Shown here: piece after piece, positions 10,821 to 21,449 of the stretch
Numbering within the stretch: position 1 is the stretch's first letter
Layout of the letters: each line of letters starts with the position of its first letter
NCBI GenBank assembly: GCA_913048995.1
Contig: CAJWXK010000001.1
Span: forward strand, 8,230 to 72,229
Origin: an uncultured Synechococcus sp.
GTDB taxonomy: Bacteria > Cyanobacteriota > Cyanobacteriia > PCC-6307 > Cyanobiaceae
Length of the DNA stretch: 64,000 nucleotides
Reading direction: 5' to 3'
The notes under the pieces: generated by a model
What the model was told of the DNA's origin: nothing
Seen by the model: the letters and a program-made list of their open reading frames with translations, nothing else
The model's database searches: none
Position numbers and translations under genes: made by a program

Positions 10821-11671
10821 TGCGAAGCCCTGATAGCAACTACTGGATTCCCTCAGGCGCCTATGAGGACGTCCTGCTGGCCTATGCCGCCGATGAAGGC
10901 ATCGCCCGTATCGCCATCAATCGGCCTGAGAAGCGCAACGCCTTTCGCCCTCGCACCGTCAGTGAGCTCTATGACGCTTTTGCCCGCGTGCGCGATAACC
11001 CAAGGGTCGGTGTGGTGCTTTTTACAGGCGCCGGTCCGGCTGCCGATGGGGTTCATGCCTTCTGCGCTGGTGGTGACCAGTCCGTCCGCGGAGACGGCGG
11101 CTATCTCGATGAAGAGGGAGTCCCGCGGCTCAATGTGCTGGATTTGCAACGTCTGATCCGCAGTCTGCCCAAGGTTGTCATCGCCCTTGTTTCTGGCTAT
11201 GCGATCGGCGGAGGTCAGGTTCTACACCTTCTTTGTGACCTGAGCATCGCGGCTGAAAACGCGCAGTTCGGTCAGACAGGGCCGCGTGTTGGCAGTTTTG
11301 ATGGTGGATATGGCTGTGCCCACCTCGCCCGTCTAGTGGGTCAGCGCAAGGCCCGCGAGATTTGGTTTCTCTGCCGTCGTTATGACGCCCAACAGGCGCT
11401 GCAGATGGGGCTTGTGAACACGGTTGTGCCGCTGTCTGAGCTTGAGCTGGAGGGTGTCCGCTGGGCTCGCGAAATCCTGCAGCACAGCCCGACGGCGATC
11501 CGTTGCCTTAAGGCCGCCTTCAATGCTGATACCGACGGGATGGCGGGTCTACAGGAACTGGCCGGCCAGGCTACCCATCTCTTCTATCGGACCAGCGAGG
11601 GCCAAGAAGGGCGCAATGCCTTTCTCGAGAAACGATCGCCTGACTTTGGCGATGTTCCATGGCTTCCTTAA
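10820..11671 (+). CDS. menB: 1,4-dihydroxy-2-naphthoyl-CoA synthase
   Basis: [26 protein letters not shown]; overlaps menD stop. Confidence 0.97.
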   Translation: MRSPDSNYWIPSGAYEDVLLAYAADEGIARIAINRPEKRNAFRPRTVSELYDAFARVRDNPRVGVVLFTGAGPAADGVHAFCAGGDQSVRGDGGYLDEEGVPRLNVLDLQRLIRSLPKVVIALVSGYAIGGGQVLHLLCDLSIAAENAQFGQTGPRVGSFDGGYGCAHLARLVGQRKAREIWFLCRRYDAQQALQMGLVNTVVPLSELELEGVRWAREILQHSPTAIRCLKAAFNADTDGMAGLQELAGQATHLFYRTSEGQEGRNAFLEKRSPDFGDVPWLP

Positions 11672-11747
11672 ACCCTGACGAATGAATTAAGCGGAGTGAG
11701 ACTCGCGGGACTCACTGGCTAGCAGGGGAGGGATTTCTCCTCTTCTG

Positions 11748-12305
11748 ATGAAAACTCTGCTGGCTCCGTTGGCCCTGCTGCTGGGCCTGCCATCCTTGGC
11801 GTTCGCACCCGTGATGGTGCGTGCCATGCCATGGGATGACCCAGAAGTGGTCATGAAAAAAGAGCCCATCACCCTGCTCGAGCTCAGTCGCAAGTCCAAA
11901 AAGGTGAAGGTCTATCAAGACGGCCAGGTGATCGCCAGCTACCCGGTGGCGGTTGGACGGCCCGATTCACCCACGCCCCTCGGTGAGCACACTGTTCACC
12001 GCATGATGAAGGATCCCGTCTGGTCGAGCCCCTGGTCGGCGCGCAAAGTCAAGCCAAGCCCCCTCGGCCCCATCGGCACTCGCTGGATCGGTTTCTGGTA
12101 CACCTGCGGGCAGCGCACCTCGCTCGATCCGAATCCACCTGAGTTCCGTCCGGGTGCCTGCAATGAAATCGGCTTCCACGGCACAGGTCGCCTCAAAAGC
12201 ATTGGTAAAGCAGCAAGCAGCGGATGTGTACGGATGTTTGACGCAGACGCCGTCGCTCTCTATGACCTTGTGAAGAAAGGCACTCGCGTCCGCGTTGTCG
12301 ACTGA
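11748..12305 (+). CDS. L,D-transpeptidase (YkuD family), secreted
   Basis: signal peptide; YPVAVG, TP, GFHGT...SSGCVR. Confidence 0.88.
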   Translation: MKTLLAPLALLLGLPSLAFAPVMVRAMPWDDPEVVMKKEPITLLELSRKSKKVKVYQDGQVIASYPVAVGRPDSPTPLGEHTVHRMMKDPVWSSPWSARKVKPSPLGPIGTRWIGFWYTCGQRTSLDPNPPEFRPGACNEIGFHGTGRLKSIGKAASSGCVRMFDADAVALYDLVKKGTRVRVVD

Positions 12306-12310
12306 GTTCC

Positions 12311-12898
12311 ATGCGTGCCTTCGCTCCCCTGCTGACACTGCTGCTGGCATCGTCAGCGGTTCTGCCCCTGCAGGCTGGGCCGCTAGAGGACCCTGATCAC
12401 CCTCTGCGCCCCCTAGAGCTCACCTTGGCTGAGCTTCCGCAGGGGGTGCTTCAACGAGCTGGACGCCAGCTCGTGCTGCACCGAGGTCGCCGTCAGCTTC
12501 TGTTGATTGATCAGGGCCAACTGCTGGCCCGTTATCCGGTTGCAGTAGGCATGGTCGGTTGGGAGACCCCCGCAGGCCGCTTTTCTGTCATTAACAAGGT
12601 GAGTGAACCGGACTGGAGCCATCCTCAAACCGGTGACATCGTCCCTGGGGGAACCGAGAAGAACCCCCTTGGGAGTCGTTGGATTGGCTTCTATCGCGAC
12701 TGCGTCGGCCGTAAGGGTTTTGATGGTGAGCGCATGCTTGATATCAAGGGATGCACCACTGCCGGTTTCCATGGCACACCGCACCGTTGGACGGTTGGTC
12801 ATGCTGTCTCCCATGGCTGCGTGCGCCTGTTTGATGAGCACATCAAGGACCTCTATGGCCGTGTCCGCCGTGGCACTCCTGTAACCGTGCTGCCATGA
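12311..12898 (+). CDS. L,D-transpeptidase (YkuD family), secreted
   Basis: signal peptide; YPVAVG, NPLGSRW, GFHGT...SHGCVR. Confidence 0.9.
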   Translation: MRAFAPLLTLLLASSAVLPLQAGPLEDPDHPLRPLELTLAELPQGVLQRAGRQLVLHRGRRQLLLIDQGQLLARYPVAVGMVGWETPAGRFSVINKVSEPDWSHPQTGDIVPGGTEKNPLGSRWIGFYRDCVGRKGFDGERMLDIKGCTTAGFHGTPHRWTVGHAVSHGCVRLFDEHIKDLYGRVRRGTPVTVLP

Positions 12899-12963
12899 AG
12901 CAGATCGACATAGTGAAAACCGATTCCACTCCGTAGAGTCAGCGCCACTTCTGGCCGTCTCTG

Positions 12964-14505
12964 ATGCGCATCCTCTTCGCCGCCGCTGAATGTGCGCCGA
13001 TGGTGAAAGTCGGTGGCATGGGCGATGTGGTGGGGTCGCTACCCCCAGCGCTGGCTGCCCTGGGCCATGACGTTCGCATCATCATGCCGGGCTACGGCAA
13101 GCTCTGGTCACGCCTGAATGTGGACAGTGAGCCCATCTGGCGGGCCCAGACAATGGGTACTGAATTCGCCGTTTTCGAGACCCGCCATCCCACCAGCGGG
13201 CTCACCATCTACCTGGTAGGTCACCCGGTCTTTGATGGCGAGCGTATCTACGGCGGTGAGGACGAAGACTGGCGTTTTACCTTTTTCGCCAGCGCCACGT
13301 CCGAGTTCGCTTGGAACATGTGGAAGCCGAATGTGCTGCATTGCCACGACTGGCACACCGGCATGATTCCCGTCTGGATGCACCAGGACCCCGAGATCAG
13401 CACGGTCTTCACCATCCACAACCTCAAGTACCAGGGTCCATGGCGCTGGAAGCTTGAGCGCATGACCTGGTGCCCCTGGTACATGCAGGGTGACCACACC
13501 ATGGCGGCCGCCTTGCTCTATGCCGATCGGGTCAATGCGGTATCCCCGACCTATGCCCAAGAGATTCGCACTGCTGAATACGGCGAAAAGCTCGACGGCC
13601 TACTGAATTTCGTCAGCGGCAAGCTGCGCGGCATTCTCAACGGCATTGATATTGACGCCTGGAATCCGGCCACCGATCAGCGCATCCCATCGACCTACAG
13701 CGCTGCCGATCTCAGCGGCAAGGCCGTCTGTAAAAAGGCGCTCCAAGAGCGCATGGGTCTTCAAACCAATCCCGATACTTTCGTGATTGGCATGGTGAGT
13801 CGTCTGGTGGATCAGAAGGGTGTCGATCTGCTCCTGCAGGTGGCTGAGCGCTTCTTGGCCTACACCGACACCCAAATCGTGGTGCTTGGGACAGGGGATC
13901 GTCATTTTGAATCTGGCCTCTGGCAGATGGCCAGCAGTCACCCTGGTCGTTTTGCGGCTTTCCTCACCTATGACGATGACCTATCCCGTCTGATTTATTC
14001 CGGCAGTGACGCCTTCCTGATGCCATCTCGATTTGAACCCTGCGGTATCAGCCAGTTGTTGTCGATGCGCTACGGCACGATTCCGATCGTGCGTCGCGTC
14101 GGTGGTCTGGTGGACACCGTGCCTCCCTACGTCCCTGCTGTTCAGGAGGGCAATGGATTCTGCTTTGATCGGTATGAGGCAATTGATCTCTACACGGCCC
14201 TTGTTCGCGCCTGGGAAGCCTTCCGTCATCGAGATAGCTGGCAGATGTTGATGAAGCGAGTCATGGAGTTGGACTTCAGCTGGGCCCGCTCCGCCGTGGA
14301 GTACGACCGGATGTACAGGGAGGTGTGCGGTATTAAGGAACCCACCCCGGAAGCGGAAGCTGTTGCAGCGTTCTCCATTCCCCAGCCTCCAGAGCAGAAG
14401 GCGGCACAGGCCGCTGCCGAAGCTGCTGATCCCAATCCTCTGCCGCAGCAGGCGCCCGGTCGTCGGTTCAATCCTCTGTCCTTGCTGCGCCGCAACGGGG
14501 GATGA
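12964..14505 (+). CDS. glgA: glycogen synthase
   Basis: [22 protein letters not shown]. Confidence 0.97.
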   Translation: MRILFAAAECAPMVKVGGMGDVVGSLPPALAALGHDVRIIMPGYGKLWSRLNVDSEPIWRAQTMGTEFAVFETRHPTSGLTIYLVGHPVFDGERIYGGEDEDWRFTFFASATSEFAWNMWKPNVLHCHDWHTGMIPVWMHQDPEISTVFTIHNLKYQGPWRWKLERMTWCPWYMQGDHTMAAALLYADRVNAVSPTYAQEIRTAEYGEKLDGLLNFVSGKLRGILNGIDIDAWNPATDQRIPSTYSAADLSGKAVCKKALQERMGLQTNPDTFVIGMVSRLVDQKGVDLLLQVAERFLAYTDTQIVVLGTGDRHFESGLWQMASSHPGRFAAFLTYDDDLSRLIYSGSDAFLMPSRFEPCGISQLLSMRYGTIPIVRRVGGLVDTVPPYVPAVQEGNGFCFDRYEAIDLYTALVRAWEAFRHRDSWQMLMKRVMELDFSWARSAVEYDRMYREVCGIKEPTPEAEAVAAFSIPQPPEQKAAQAAAEAADPNPLPQQAPGRRFNPLSLLRRNGG

Positions 14506-15239
14506 GTCCAGACGCAGAGCCCAGGGACAACTCACTGCTGCCGGTTGAATGGAGTTCTCCCTGGAAGCGCCTGCGCCAGGATCTGGCCCGAGATCTTCCG
14601 GCTGTCCTGGCCGCCACGACGCTCCGCTTGCGTGAGCTCTGGCGACGAAATCGAGACGGAGATCTGTCGGTCCCGGGCTTCTGGCCTTCATCGCTGGCGC
14701 CACTGTTCTGGCCCTTGCTCCTGGTGCTGTTGCTGATGGTTCCAGTTGCCCTGCTGTTGATCTGGCCCCGTTCGGCTCCTGGACCAGGCCTGGTTGAGCC
14801 GAGTGCCGTTCCGATCACGCTTGAGCGTCAGTTGGAGCAGGTGATGGATCCACCGCAGCCGTTGCTGAGTCCTGTGAAGCCGGTTGTTCCCCTGGCTCCT
14901 GATCCAGAGCCAGAGTCAGAGTCAGAGCCAGGTGTCGAAGCGGCGGATCTCGCCTCACCTGGGGTTGATCCACTGCTTGAGCTACTCCAGCAGGATTCCG
15001 GTTCCAATCTGGTGGACCGCCTGCACCCTCTGCCTGAGCAAGGCCTGATTGAGCTCTTCCCAAGTCCTGATTTCAACGATCTGTCGCTAGCTGCGCGGCA
15101 GCAGCAGGCTGATGCGTGGTTGGTCCAGCTGCAGGAGGCGGGCTATGAACGACTCGAACTCCATGACGACGACGGGCGGTTGCTTGGTCGCTCAGCTCAG
15201 GTAGGAAGCGGCATGATTCTTTGGATCGCTCCTCAGTGA
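14502..15239 (+). CDS. conserved membrane-anchored hypothetical protein
   Basis: ATGA overlap with glgA, single TM, Pro/Glu-rich linker, [12 protein letters not shown]-terminus. Confidence 0.75.
   Translation: MSPDAEPRDNSLLPVEWSSPWKRLRQDLARDLPAVLAATTLRLRELWRRNRDGDLSVPGFWPSSLAPLFWPLLLVLLLMVPVALLLIWPRSAPGPGLVEPSAVPITLERQLEQVMDPPQPLLSPVKPVVPLAPDPEPESESEPGVEAADLASPGVDPLLELLQQDSGSNLVDRLHPLPEQGLIELFPSPDFNDLSLAARQQQADAWLVQLQEAGYERLELHDDDGRLLGRSAQVGSGMILWIAPQ
14904..14930 (+). repeat. hexamer tandem repeat (c/t)cagag x4.5 encoding PE/SE linker
   Basis: ccagag ccagag tcagag tcagag cca. Confidence 0.6.
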
Positions 15240-16642
15240 TGAGTCCGTCCCTCTGCCTGCAGGATCTGGCGCAGTTGTTCGAGGCTCAGCCCCAACGTCG
15301 CAGTGGTCCGATTGATGCTGGAACCCTCAGCTGGATTTTTGAATCGATCAGCACTGACAGTCGGGCGCTCCAACCTGGTGATCTCTTTATTCCCCTGATC
15401 GGTGAGCGGTTTAATGGCCATGATTTTCTTGATGCCGCCGTCAGCATTGGCGTTGCTGCCGCCATCGTCTCCCGTGAATGGAGTGGTTACATCCCAGAAC
15501 AGCTCACTGTGCTTGCTGTGGATGACACCACGGCTGCCTACCAACGCATTGCTCTGGCCTGGCGACGTCAGCTGAAGCAGCCGGTTGTTGCCGTCACTGG
15601 CTCGGCAGGAAAGACGACCACCCGCGAATTGATCAAGGCTTGCTTGGCTCCACTGGGACGGGTCGAGGCCAGCATCGGTAATGAAAACAATGACATCGGC
15701 GTTCCGCGCACCTTGCTCAGGGCACGTTCAGGTGATGGGGCATTGGTGCTTGAGATGGGGATGCGAGGCCTTGGCGAGATTGAACGACTCAGCGTCTGCA
15801 GTGAGCCCGACGTCGCTGTGATTACGAATATCGGCACGGCCCACATCGGCCGTCTTGGAAGTCGTGAAGCAATCGCCAGGGCTAAATGCGAGATCACCAC
15901 GAAGCTCCGCGCCGATGGTCTGTTGGTGATTCCTGCTGGAGATGCTCGTCTGGAGCATGCTCTCGGCAAAATCTGGAGCGGTCGCGTCTGCCGCGTGGCC
16001 ATCGCGGGTGATGAGCTCTCACCTGGTTCCCCACCTGTGGATTTGTTGGGGCAACTTGATGCAGAAACTCTCCGAGTAGATCAGGGCACGAACACCCTTT
16101 GCCGACTTCAACTCCCACTTGAGGGCCGGCACAACGCCCGCAACATGTTGCTGGCACTTGCTGTGGCCCTCGAGCAGGGCATCAGCCCTGAGCATCTTGC
16201 AGGCCTGCATGTTGAGTTGCCTGGAGGCCGCTCACGGCGGCTGCAGCTCAGCGGTGATCTTGAAGGAGTCACTGTGCTCGATGAGACCTACAACGCCTCC
16301 CCTGAGGCGATGTTGGCGAGTCTCGATCTGCTTCAGCAGCAGACTGGTCGCCATTTTGCAGTGCTGGGCACCATGCTCGAGCTGGGTGATCAGAGCGAGA
16401 GCCTTCACTTCGAAGTGGGCCGTCGGGCTGCTCAGCTTGGTCTCGATGGCCTGGTGGTGATGGCTGATGGCGCAGAGGCAGCAGCGATGTTGCAGGGGGC
16501 AGCTGGTCTGCCAAAGCTGTTGCAGGTGCATACGCCCCAGGCAGCAGCGGTACCGTTGCGGCAGTGGCTGCAGCCCGGGGATCATCTGTTGCTTAAGGCC
16601 AGCCGTGGTGTGGCTCTTGAAACCTTGATTCCCCTTCTCTGA
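15239..16642 (+). CDS. murF: UDP-MurNAc-tripeptide D-Ala-D-Ala ligase
   Basis: TDSR, VTGSAGKTTT, EMGM, DETYNASP, KASRG. Confidence 0.95.
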   Translation: MSPSLCLQDLAQLFEAQPQRRSGPIDAGTLSWIFESISTDSRALQPGDLFIPLIGERFNGHDFLDAAVSIGVAAAIVSREWSGYIPEQLTVLAVDDTTAAYQRIALAWRRQLKQPVVAVTGSAGKTTTRELIKACLAPLGRVEASIGNENNDIGVPRTLLRARSGDGALVLEMGMRGLGEIERLSVCSEPDVAVITNIGTAHIGRLGSREAIARAKCEITTKLRADGLLVIPAGDARLEHALGKIWSGRVCRVAIAGDELSPGSPPVDLLGQLDAETLRVDQGTNTLCRLQLPLEGRHNARNMLLALAVALEQGISPEHLAGLHVELPGGRSRRLQLSGDLEGVTVLDETYNASPEAMLASLDLLQQQTGRHFAVLGTMLELGDQSESLHFEVGRRAAQLGLDGLVVMADGAEAAAMLQGAAGLPKLLQVHTPQAAAVPLRQWLQPGDHLLLKASRGVALETLIPLL

Positions 16643-16668
16643 AAACCTGCGTCATCAGCAGCGGTGAA

Positions 16669-18024
16669 CTAAGAGGGGGGGGTGGACCACCCTTGCTTCA
16701 AGAGTTGACGGGCCCGTCCCAGGGCCAGAGCGCCATCAGGGACGTCCTTGGTGAGCGTCGATCCAGCTCCAACAGTGACATTCCTGCCCAAATTGATTGG
16801 TGCCACCAGAACGGAATTCGCACCTGTCTTGGATCCATCGCCGATCACGGTGCGGTGTTTGCTGATCCCGTCGTAGTTGGCGGTGATCGTGCCGGCGCCG
16901 ACATTCACCCTGCTGCCCAGTTCGGCATCTCCGATGTAGCTGAGGTGATTCACCTTTGAACCCTCACCAAGTTGACTCTTCTTGACCTCAACGAAGTTGC
17001 CGATCCTCACTCCCTTACCCAGCAAGGCCTGAGGACGCAGGTGTGCGTATGGCCCGATTCTGCAGCCACTGGACACCTTGGCGCCGTTAAGCATGGAGAG
17101 AACAACGTGAACATCGCTCTCGATCACGCAGTCCTGAACCAGACTTCCTGGTCCGATTTTGCAGCCGTCGCCGATGGTGTTGTTGCCACGGAAGTGGCTT
17201 TGTGGCTCGATGATGACATCACGACCGAATCGCGTGTCCTCGGAAAGCGTGCAACTGGCTGGATCGATGAAACTCACCCCCTCGGCCATCCAGTGACTCC
17301 GCAGCCGCTCCTGCAGCATCCCTTCGCATTGAGCCAGTTGGCTGCGGTTGTTGATGCCGGTGATCTCGGAGAGATCTTGCACGACCTGATGTCCGGCGTC
17401 TCCTAGCAACGACACCGTGTCGGTGAGATAGAGCTCCCCCTGGTCGTTATCAGCACTGAGCTTGGGTAGCACCTGCTTGAGGCGAGGCCAATGGAAGCAG
17501 TAAATCCCAGCATTGATCAGGCTGTTCTTGCGCTGTTCCTCGTTGCAGTCCCGGTGCTCAATGATCTCTCGGACGCTGCCATCAGCTTTTAGAAAGACGC
17601 GGCCGTAGCCGGTTGGATTTTCTAGATGAGCTGTCAGCAACGTCACTGCTGCGCCTGTTTTGCGGTGATTGCCCAGCAATGCATCAAGAGTTTCGCTTCG
17701 CAGCAACGGCACATCGCCATTCAGAACAAGCAGGTCGCCGTCAAAGTCAGCCAGGGGCTCAAGTAACTGCTGCACGGCGTGACCAGTGCCGTTCTGGGGC
17801 TGTTGCAGCACGAATTGCGGCCCACTGGGATGGTCTTTGAGCGCTGCCTCCACTTTCTCGGCCTGATGGCCGACGATCAGGAGCATGCGTTCGGGCTTGA
17901 GTGTTCCGGTGCTTGCCATGACACGCTCCACCAAGGTGGCGCCTGCCAGGGGCTGTAACACCTTTGGCAGATCGCTCTTCATGCGGGTTCCTTTCCCAGC
18001 GGCCAGCACAGCGATGGCGAGCAT
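16669..18024 (-). CDS. glmU: bifunctional GlcNAc-1-P uridyltransferase/acetyltransferase
   Basis: [11 protein letters not shown], hexapeptide repeats, NHLSYIGD. Confidence 0.97.
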   Translation of the reverse strand: MLAIAVLAAGKGTRMKSDLPKVLQPLAGATLVERVMASTGTLKPERMLLIVGHQAEKVEAALKDHPSGPQFVLQQPQNGTGHAVQQLLEPLADFDGDLLVLNGDVPLLRSETLDALLGNHRKTGAAVTLLTAHLENPTGYGRVFLKADGSVREIIEHRDCNEEQRKNSLINAGIYCFHWPRLKQVLPKLSADNDQGELYLTDTVSLLGDAGHQVVQDLSEITGINNRSQLAQCEGMLQERLRSHWMAEGVSFIDPASCTLSEDTRFGRDVIIEPQSHFRGNNTIGDGCKIGPGSLVQDCVIESDVHVVLSMLNGAKVSSGCRIGPYAHLRPQALLGKGVRIGNFVEVKKSQLGEGSKVNHLSYIGDAELGSRVNVGAGTITANYDGISKHRTVIGDGSKTGANSVLVAPINLGRNVTVGAGSTLTKDVPDGALALGRARQLLKQGWSTPPS

Positions 18025-18033
18025 GGACCCGAA

Positions 18034-18972
18034 TCAGCTGGGCGGGAATCTACCGGGATCTGTTAAGCCTGCCTCCCCCTGCCAGCGGCGGCGCCAGGCA
18101 CTGGTGCTGAGTCCTGTCCCCAGCAGCTGTTTCTGCTGTCTGTCCTGACGGATCTGTTCTGATGTGGCATTCAGCCTTGGGTCCCTGTAGGGCTGAGCCG
18201 CGCGGGTTAGCTGATGTTCGAGCTCCATGGCCGTGAAGGCCTGCAGGGGTGGCTTGAGCTCCAATACCTTCCAGCTCGCGACTGTCCCGCCGCTCCATTG
18301 ATGTGGCCCACTCCCTGTCGGTGGTGGCAAGCCGGCTTGATGCAGGCCAACCAGCTTCAGGCACTGTCGCACTGCTGCTGCTGAGCAGTAGGTGACGATG
18401 CGCCCCTCGGGCTTGAGACAACGCGCCACCAAGGTCAGGAATTCCAAGCTCCACAGTTCGGGGCAGACCCGCGGTGAAAATGCGTCATGGATGACCAGAT
18501 CGCATTGCGCCTCGACCTTGGGCATCAGATTCTGCAGGCTTTGCCGGGCGTCACCCCAGAGCATCGGCCCCGCTCGGCAGCTACCGGTTTTCGCCAGAGA
18601 ATCCAGCAATTCCAGCGATTGCTCGCTGCATTGGCATCTAAAGCGTGGGTCAGCCAGGGCTAGCTGCAGGGGCCTCCGGTCCGATTCCAGTCCCCACCAG
18701 CGCAACTTCAGGTCCAACTTGCGGCAACGATCAAGAAGTTGGGCGGTGTTGGTTCCTGTACCGACGCATAACTCCAGCACGGCCACATCTGACCTTGGCG
18801 CCAATCCTTCCAGTCCAGCTGGAGCCAGGAATGTGGTCCGAGCCTCTTCTATGGCGCCCCGGGCACTGTGAAAGGCCTGATCAAAGGATTCGCTCCAAAG
18901 GCTGAAGCTCCCATCAGCTGTGATGCGCGGCTCCAGCCGTGAATTAGCCGCGCTGCAATCGGTCCAGGTCAT
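18034..18972 (-). CDS. MnmC/MnmD-like SAM-dependent tRNA methyltransferase
   Basis: [34 protein letters not shown]; start uncertain. Confidence 0.8.
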   Translation of the reverse strand: MTWTDCSAANSRLEPRITADGSFSLWSESFDQAFHSARGAIEEARTTFLAPAGLEGLAPRSDVAVLELCVGTGTNTAQLLDRCRKLDLKLRWWGLESDRRPLQLALADPRFRCQCSEQSLELLDSLAKTGSCRAGPMLWGDARQSLQNLMPKVEAQCDLVIHDAFSPRVCPELWSLEFLTLVARCLKPEGRIVTYCSAAAVRQCLKLVGLHQAGLPPPTGSGPHQWSGGTVASWKVLELKPPLQAFTAMELEHQLTRAAQPYRDPRLNATSEQIRQDRQQKQLLGTGLSTSAWRRRWQGEAGLTDPGRFPPS

Positions 18973-20257
18973 CCCAGAAAGTGGGGTAGGAGACCGCCGC
19001 TGCATCAGCGCGGGCGATGTGGGTTTCGCCCTCTGCAACTAAGGCAGCCACCGCAAGGCTCATGGCGACTCGGTGATCAGTTTCGCTATCCACATCGGCA
19101 CCCTGGAGCCGTTGACCACCAGGGATGACCAGTCCGTCATCGGTCTCCTCCAGTTCAGCGCCCATGGCGCGCAGTTGCCTCGCCATGACTGCCAACCGAT
19201 CCGTCTCTTTGACACGAAGCTCTGCGGCATCGGCGATGATGCTGGTTCCTTCCGCAGCGAGAGCCGCCACAGCCAGGATCGGGATTTCATCAACCAGTCT
19301 CGGGATCAGCTCGCCGCCAATGCTGAATGACTTCAGTTCTGCTGGCTTCACCAATAGATCCCCAACAGGCTCTCCGGCCACGTCGCGCTGGTTCTGCACT
19401 TTCAGCGGTGCCTGCATCATCTCGAGCACATCAAGAATCCCCGTTCGGGTTGGATTAAGCCCCACGTTTTCAATGGTTAGTTCGGCCCCTGGCACCAGCA
19501 GACCCGCCACTAACCAGAACGCAGCTGAGCTGATGTCGCCAGGAACAACGACCTGCTGACCCCTGAGGGCCGAGCCTGGTTGAACGACGACGCTCGGTCC
19601 TTTCTCTCCTTGTGGGTTAGAGCTCAGCTCAGCGCCAAAGGCCCTCAGCATGCGTTCGCTGTGATCCCTGGAGAGAGCAGGTTCGATCACCGTGACCGGC
19701 CCATTGGCCGTCAGGCCTGCCAGCAGCAGGGCACTTTTGACCTGGGCGCTGGCTACTGGTGTGGTGATGCAACCACCTTTTAATTCCTTGCCTCGGATGG
19801 CCAGTGGTGCCTTGTTACCCCCTTCGCGCCCGCTGATATCACCGCCCAGTTCTGCCAAGGGTCTCGCCACCCGAGCCATCGGTCGCTGGCGCAGGGAGGC
19901 ATCGCCATCGACGACGAAATGACGGTCAGCTCGCCCTGCAAGCAGGCCAAGCATCAGGCGCATCGTGGTGCCGGAATTGCCGCAGTTGAGAATCTCTTTC
20001 GGCTCTTTGAGGCCATCGAGTCCTACTCCTTGAACCCGCACGATTGATCCGGCCTCAATCGCTGAGATCCCCACCCCCATCGATCTCAGACAGGCTGCGG
20101 TACTGAGGGGGTCTTCGGCTGGCAGCAAGCCTTCGATGGTCGTCTCTCCTTCGGCTATCGCCCCGAAGAGCAGGGCTCGATGGGAAATCGATTTATCGCC
20201 AGGCACACGCACGGAACCCCGCAGGCTGCCGCCGCCGCTGAGGCTGGTGCTGCTCAT
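18944..20257 (-). CDS. aroA: EPSP synthase
   Basis: [35 protein letters not shown]. Confidence 0.97.
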   Translation of the reverse strand: MSSTSLSGGGSLRGSVRVPGDKSISHRALLFGAIAEGETTIEGLLPAEDPLSTAACLRSMGVGISAIEAGSIVRVQGVGLDGLKEPKEILNCGNSGTTMRLMLGLLAGRADRHFVVDGDASLRQRPMARVARPLAELGGDISGREGGNKAPLAIRGKELKGGCITTPVASAQVKSALLLAGLTANGPVTVIEPALSRDHSERMLRAFGAELSSNPQGEKGPSVVVQPGSALRGQQVVVPGDISSAAFWLVAGLLVPGAELTIENVGLNPTRTGILDVLEMMQAPLKVQNQRDVAGEPVGDLLVKPAELKSFSIGGELIPRLVDEIPILAVAALAAEGTSIIADAAELRVKETDRLAVMARQLRAMGAELEETDDGLVIPGGQRLQGADVDSETDHRVAMSLAVAALVAEGETHIARADAAAVSYPTFWDDLDRLQRG

Positions 20258-20319
20258 GTCCGACGCGAAAGCTGGTCCCATGCTGCAGGACCACCCGGCT
20301 GTAAAGAGATTGCAAAACA

Positions 20320-20333
20320 GTAGCGGTTGCTAC
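20320..20333 (+). promoter_or_regulatory. NtcA-binding site, repressor-like position
   Basis: GTAGCGGTTGCTAC = GTA-N8-TAC, 10 nt upstream of a TATCGT -10-like hexamer (20344-20349). Confidence 0.8.
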
Positions 20334-20356
20334 AGAAAGTCCTTATCGTGAAAGGA

Positions 20357-20408
20357 CGTTGGCCCTAACGGGTGCAGTTCGATCCGCGCCAAGCAACGGG
20401 GACGCGGA
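20357..20408 (+). ncRNA. glutamine-II (Downstream-peptide) riboswitch
   Basis: P1 CGTTG/CAACG, P2 GCCC-TAAC-GGGT, GCAG junction, pseudoknot TCCGCG/CGCGGA; precedes GGAGG RBS and a YRG-motif small ORF. Confidence 0.85.
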
Positions 20409-20426
20409 CTCTGTGTGGAGGTTCAA

Positions 20427-20600
20427 ATGAACATCCTCTCGATGATCAAGGAGCAGCAAGTCAAAGCCCATCGTCGTCATGAGGCTGAACTTCTCATGGC
20501 CAAGGCATATCGAGGAATTGCCTACACCGATGCCCATCACGACGAGCCGGTCACAGAGGCCGCCATGTGCGTCTATCGAGGCAAGGCGTATCCCTGCTGA
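20427..20600 (+). CDS. small DUF4278-like protein (57 aa, two YRG motifs)
   Basis: MNILSMIKEQQVKAHRRHEAELLMAKAYRG...VYRGKAY; strong RBS. Confidence 0.8.
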   Translation: MNILSMIKEQQVKAHRRHEAELLMAKAYRGIAYTDAHHDEPVTEAAMCVYRGKAYPC

Positions 20601-20657
20601 GGCTTGCGCTACCGCTTAATCGCCATACCGTGCATGCATTGAATTGCTGATGCCATC

Positions 20658-20990
20658 GTGCTGCGCAGCTTTGCTTTGGCTGCTCTGATTGTTGCGGTCG
20701 TTCCAGTTGCGGCGGAGCCCTCCCCTCCTCCGGGTCTCTGGCTCCGTCGCGGTTGCCTCAATGGTGCTCAAATGATCTGCCAGTACGAATGGCAGGACGG
20801 TGAAAGCACTCGCTTCCCTCTGATGTACAAACAGGTCCTTAGTACCCGAGCCGGGGCTGGTGAGGATTTTGAGTTCCTTTACCGCTGTACACCAAAACCC
20901 ACAGTGGTTCGAGTCACCCGTGCCGCCTCCCTGGGCAGCCTGCGGCGATGGACATCACCGGCATCCCTCAAGGCTCAGTGTCGTCGCTGA
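20658..20990 (+). CDS. secreted hypothetical protein with 4 Cys
   Basis: signal-peptide-like N-terminus, fills intergenic gap. Confidence 0.55.
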   Translation: MLRSFALAALIVAVVPVAAEPSPPPGLWLRRGCLNGAQMICQYEWQDGESTRFPLMYKQVLSTRAGAGEDFEFLYRCTPKPTVVRVTRAASLGSLRRWTSPASLKAQCRR

Positions 20991-20993
20991 GTG

Positions 20994-21449
20994 TCAACCC
21001 AGCATTAGCCCTCCTTCTGGATCCAAGCTTGCTTCCCAGCTCCGCTGGTCATAAAGCAGTTCAGCCAGTGAGAGTCGCCCAAGCTCACGCTCAAGTGCTC
21101 TCTCGAGCCGCATCAATAACTGTCGCTCCAGCTGATCACCAGCGAGTGCAGATGACCCTTCCGGTTCTGCCCTCTCAGCGGGCATCAGCGTCCGCCGGCG
21201 ACCACCCACCGCATCAAGGACTTTTGCCAACATGACATCCTCCGGCCTTCCCATTAAGCGGTAGCCGCCGCTGCGCCCGCGGCGTGCCTCTACAAGATCA
21301 GCGGCCCTCAATTGCAAAAGCACCTGCTCGAGCCGCGCTTCAGGCAACCCCTGACGCCGAGCAAGCTCCGGACCTGAGATCAGTGAGTCAGGTTGACGGG
21401 AGAGTTCCACAAGGGCCCGCAGCGCAATCGTGCCGGCACGGGTGAGCAT
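20994..21449 (-). CDS. Rrf2 family transcriptional regulator
   Basis: wHTH with LEQVLLQLR...RGRSGGYRL. Confidence 0.88.
   Translation of the reverse strand: MLTRAGTIALRALVELSRQPDSLISGPELARRQGLPEARLEQVLLQLRAADLVEARRGRSGGYRLMGRPEDVMLAKVLDAVGGRRRTLMPAERAEPEGSSALAGDQLERQLLMRLERALERELGRLSLAELLYDQRSWEASLDPEGGLMLG

Noticed and set aside
11696-11743. Two small hairpins before the first L,D-transpeptidase as a riboswitch or thermometer
   Set aside because: Short stems; the purine tract is too far from the ATG; no known motif.
13981-14703. 240-aa minus ORF
   Set aside because: Antisense shadow of glgA in GC-rich DNA.
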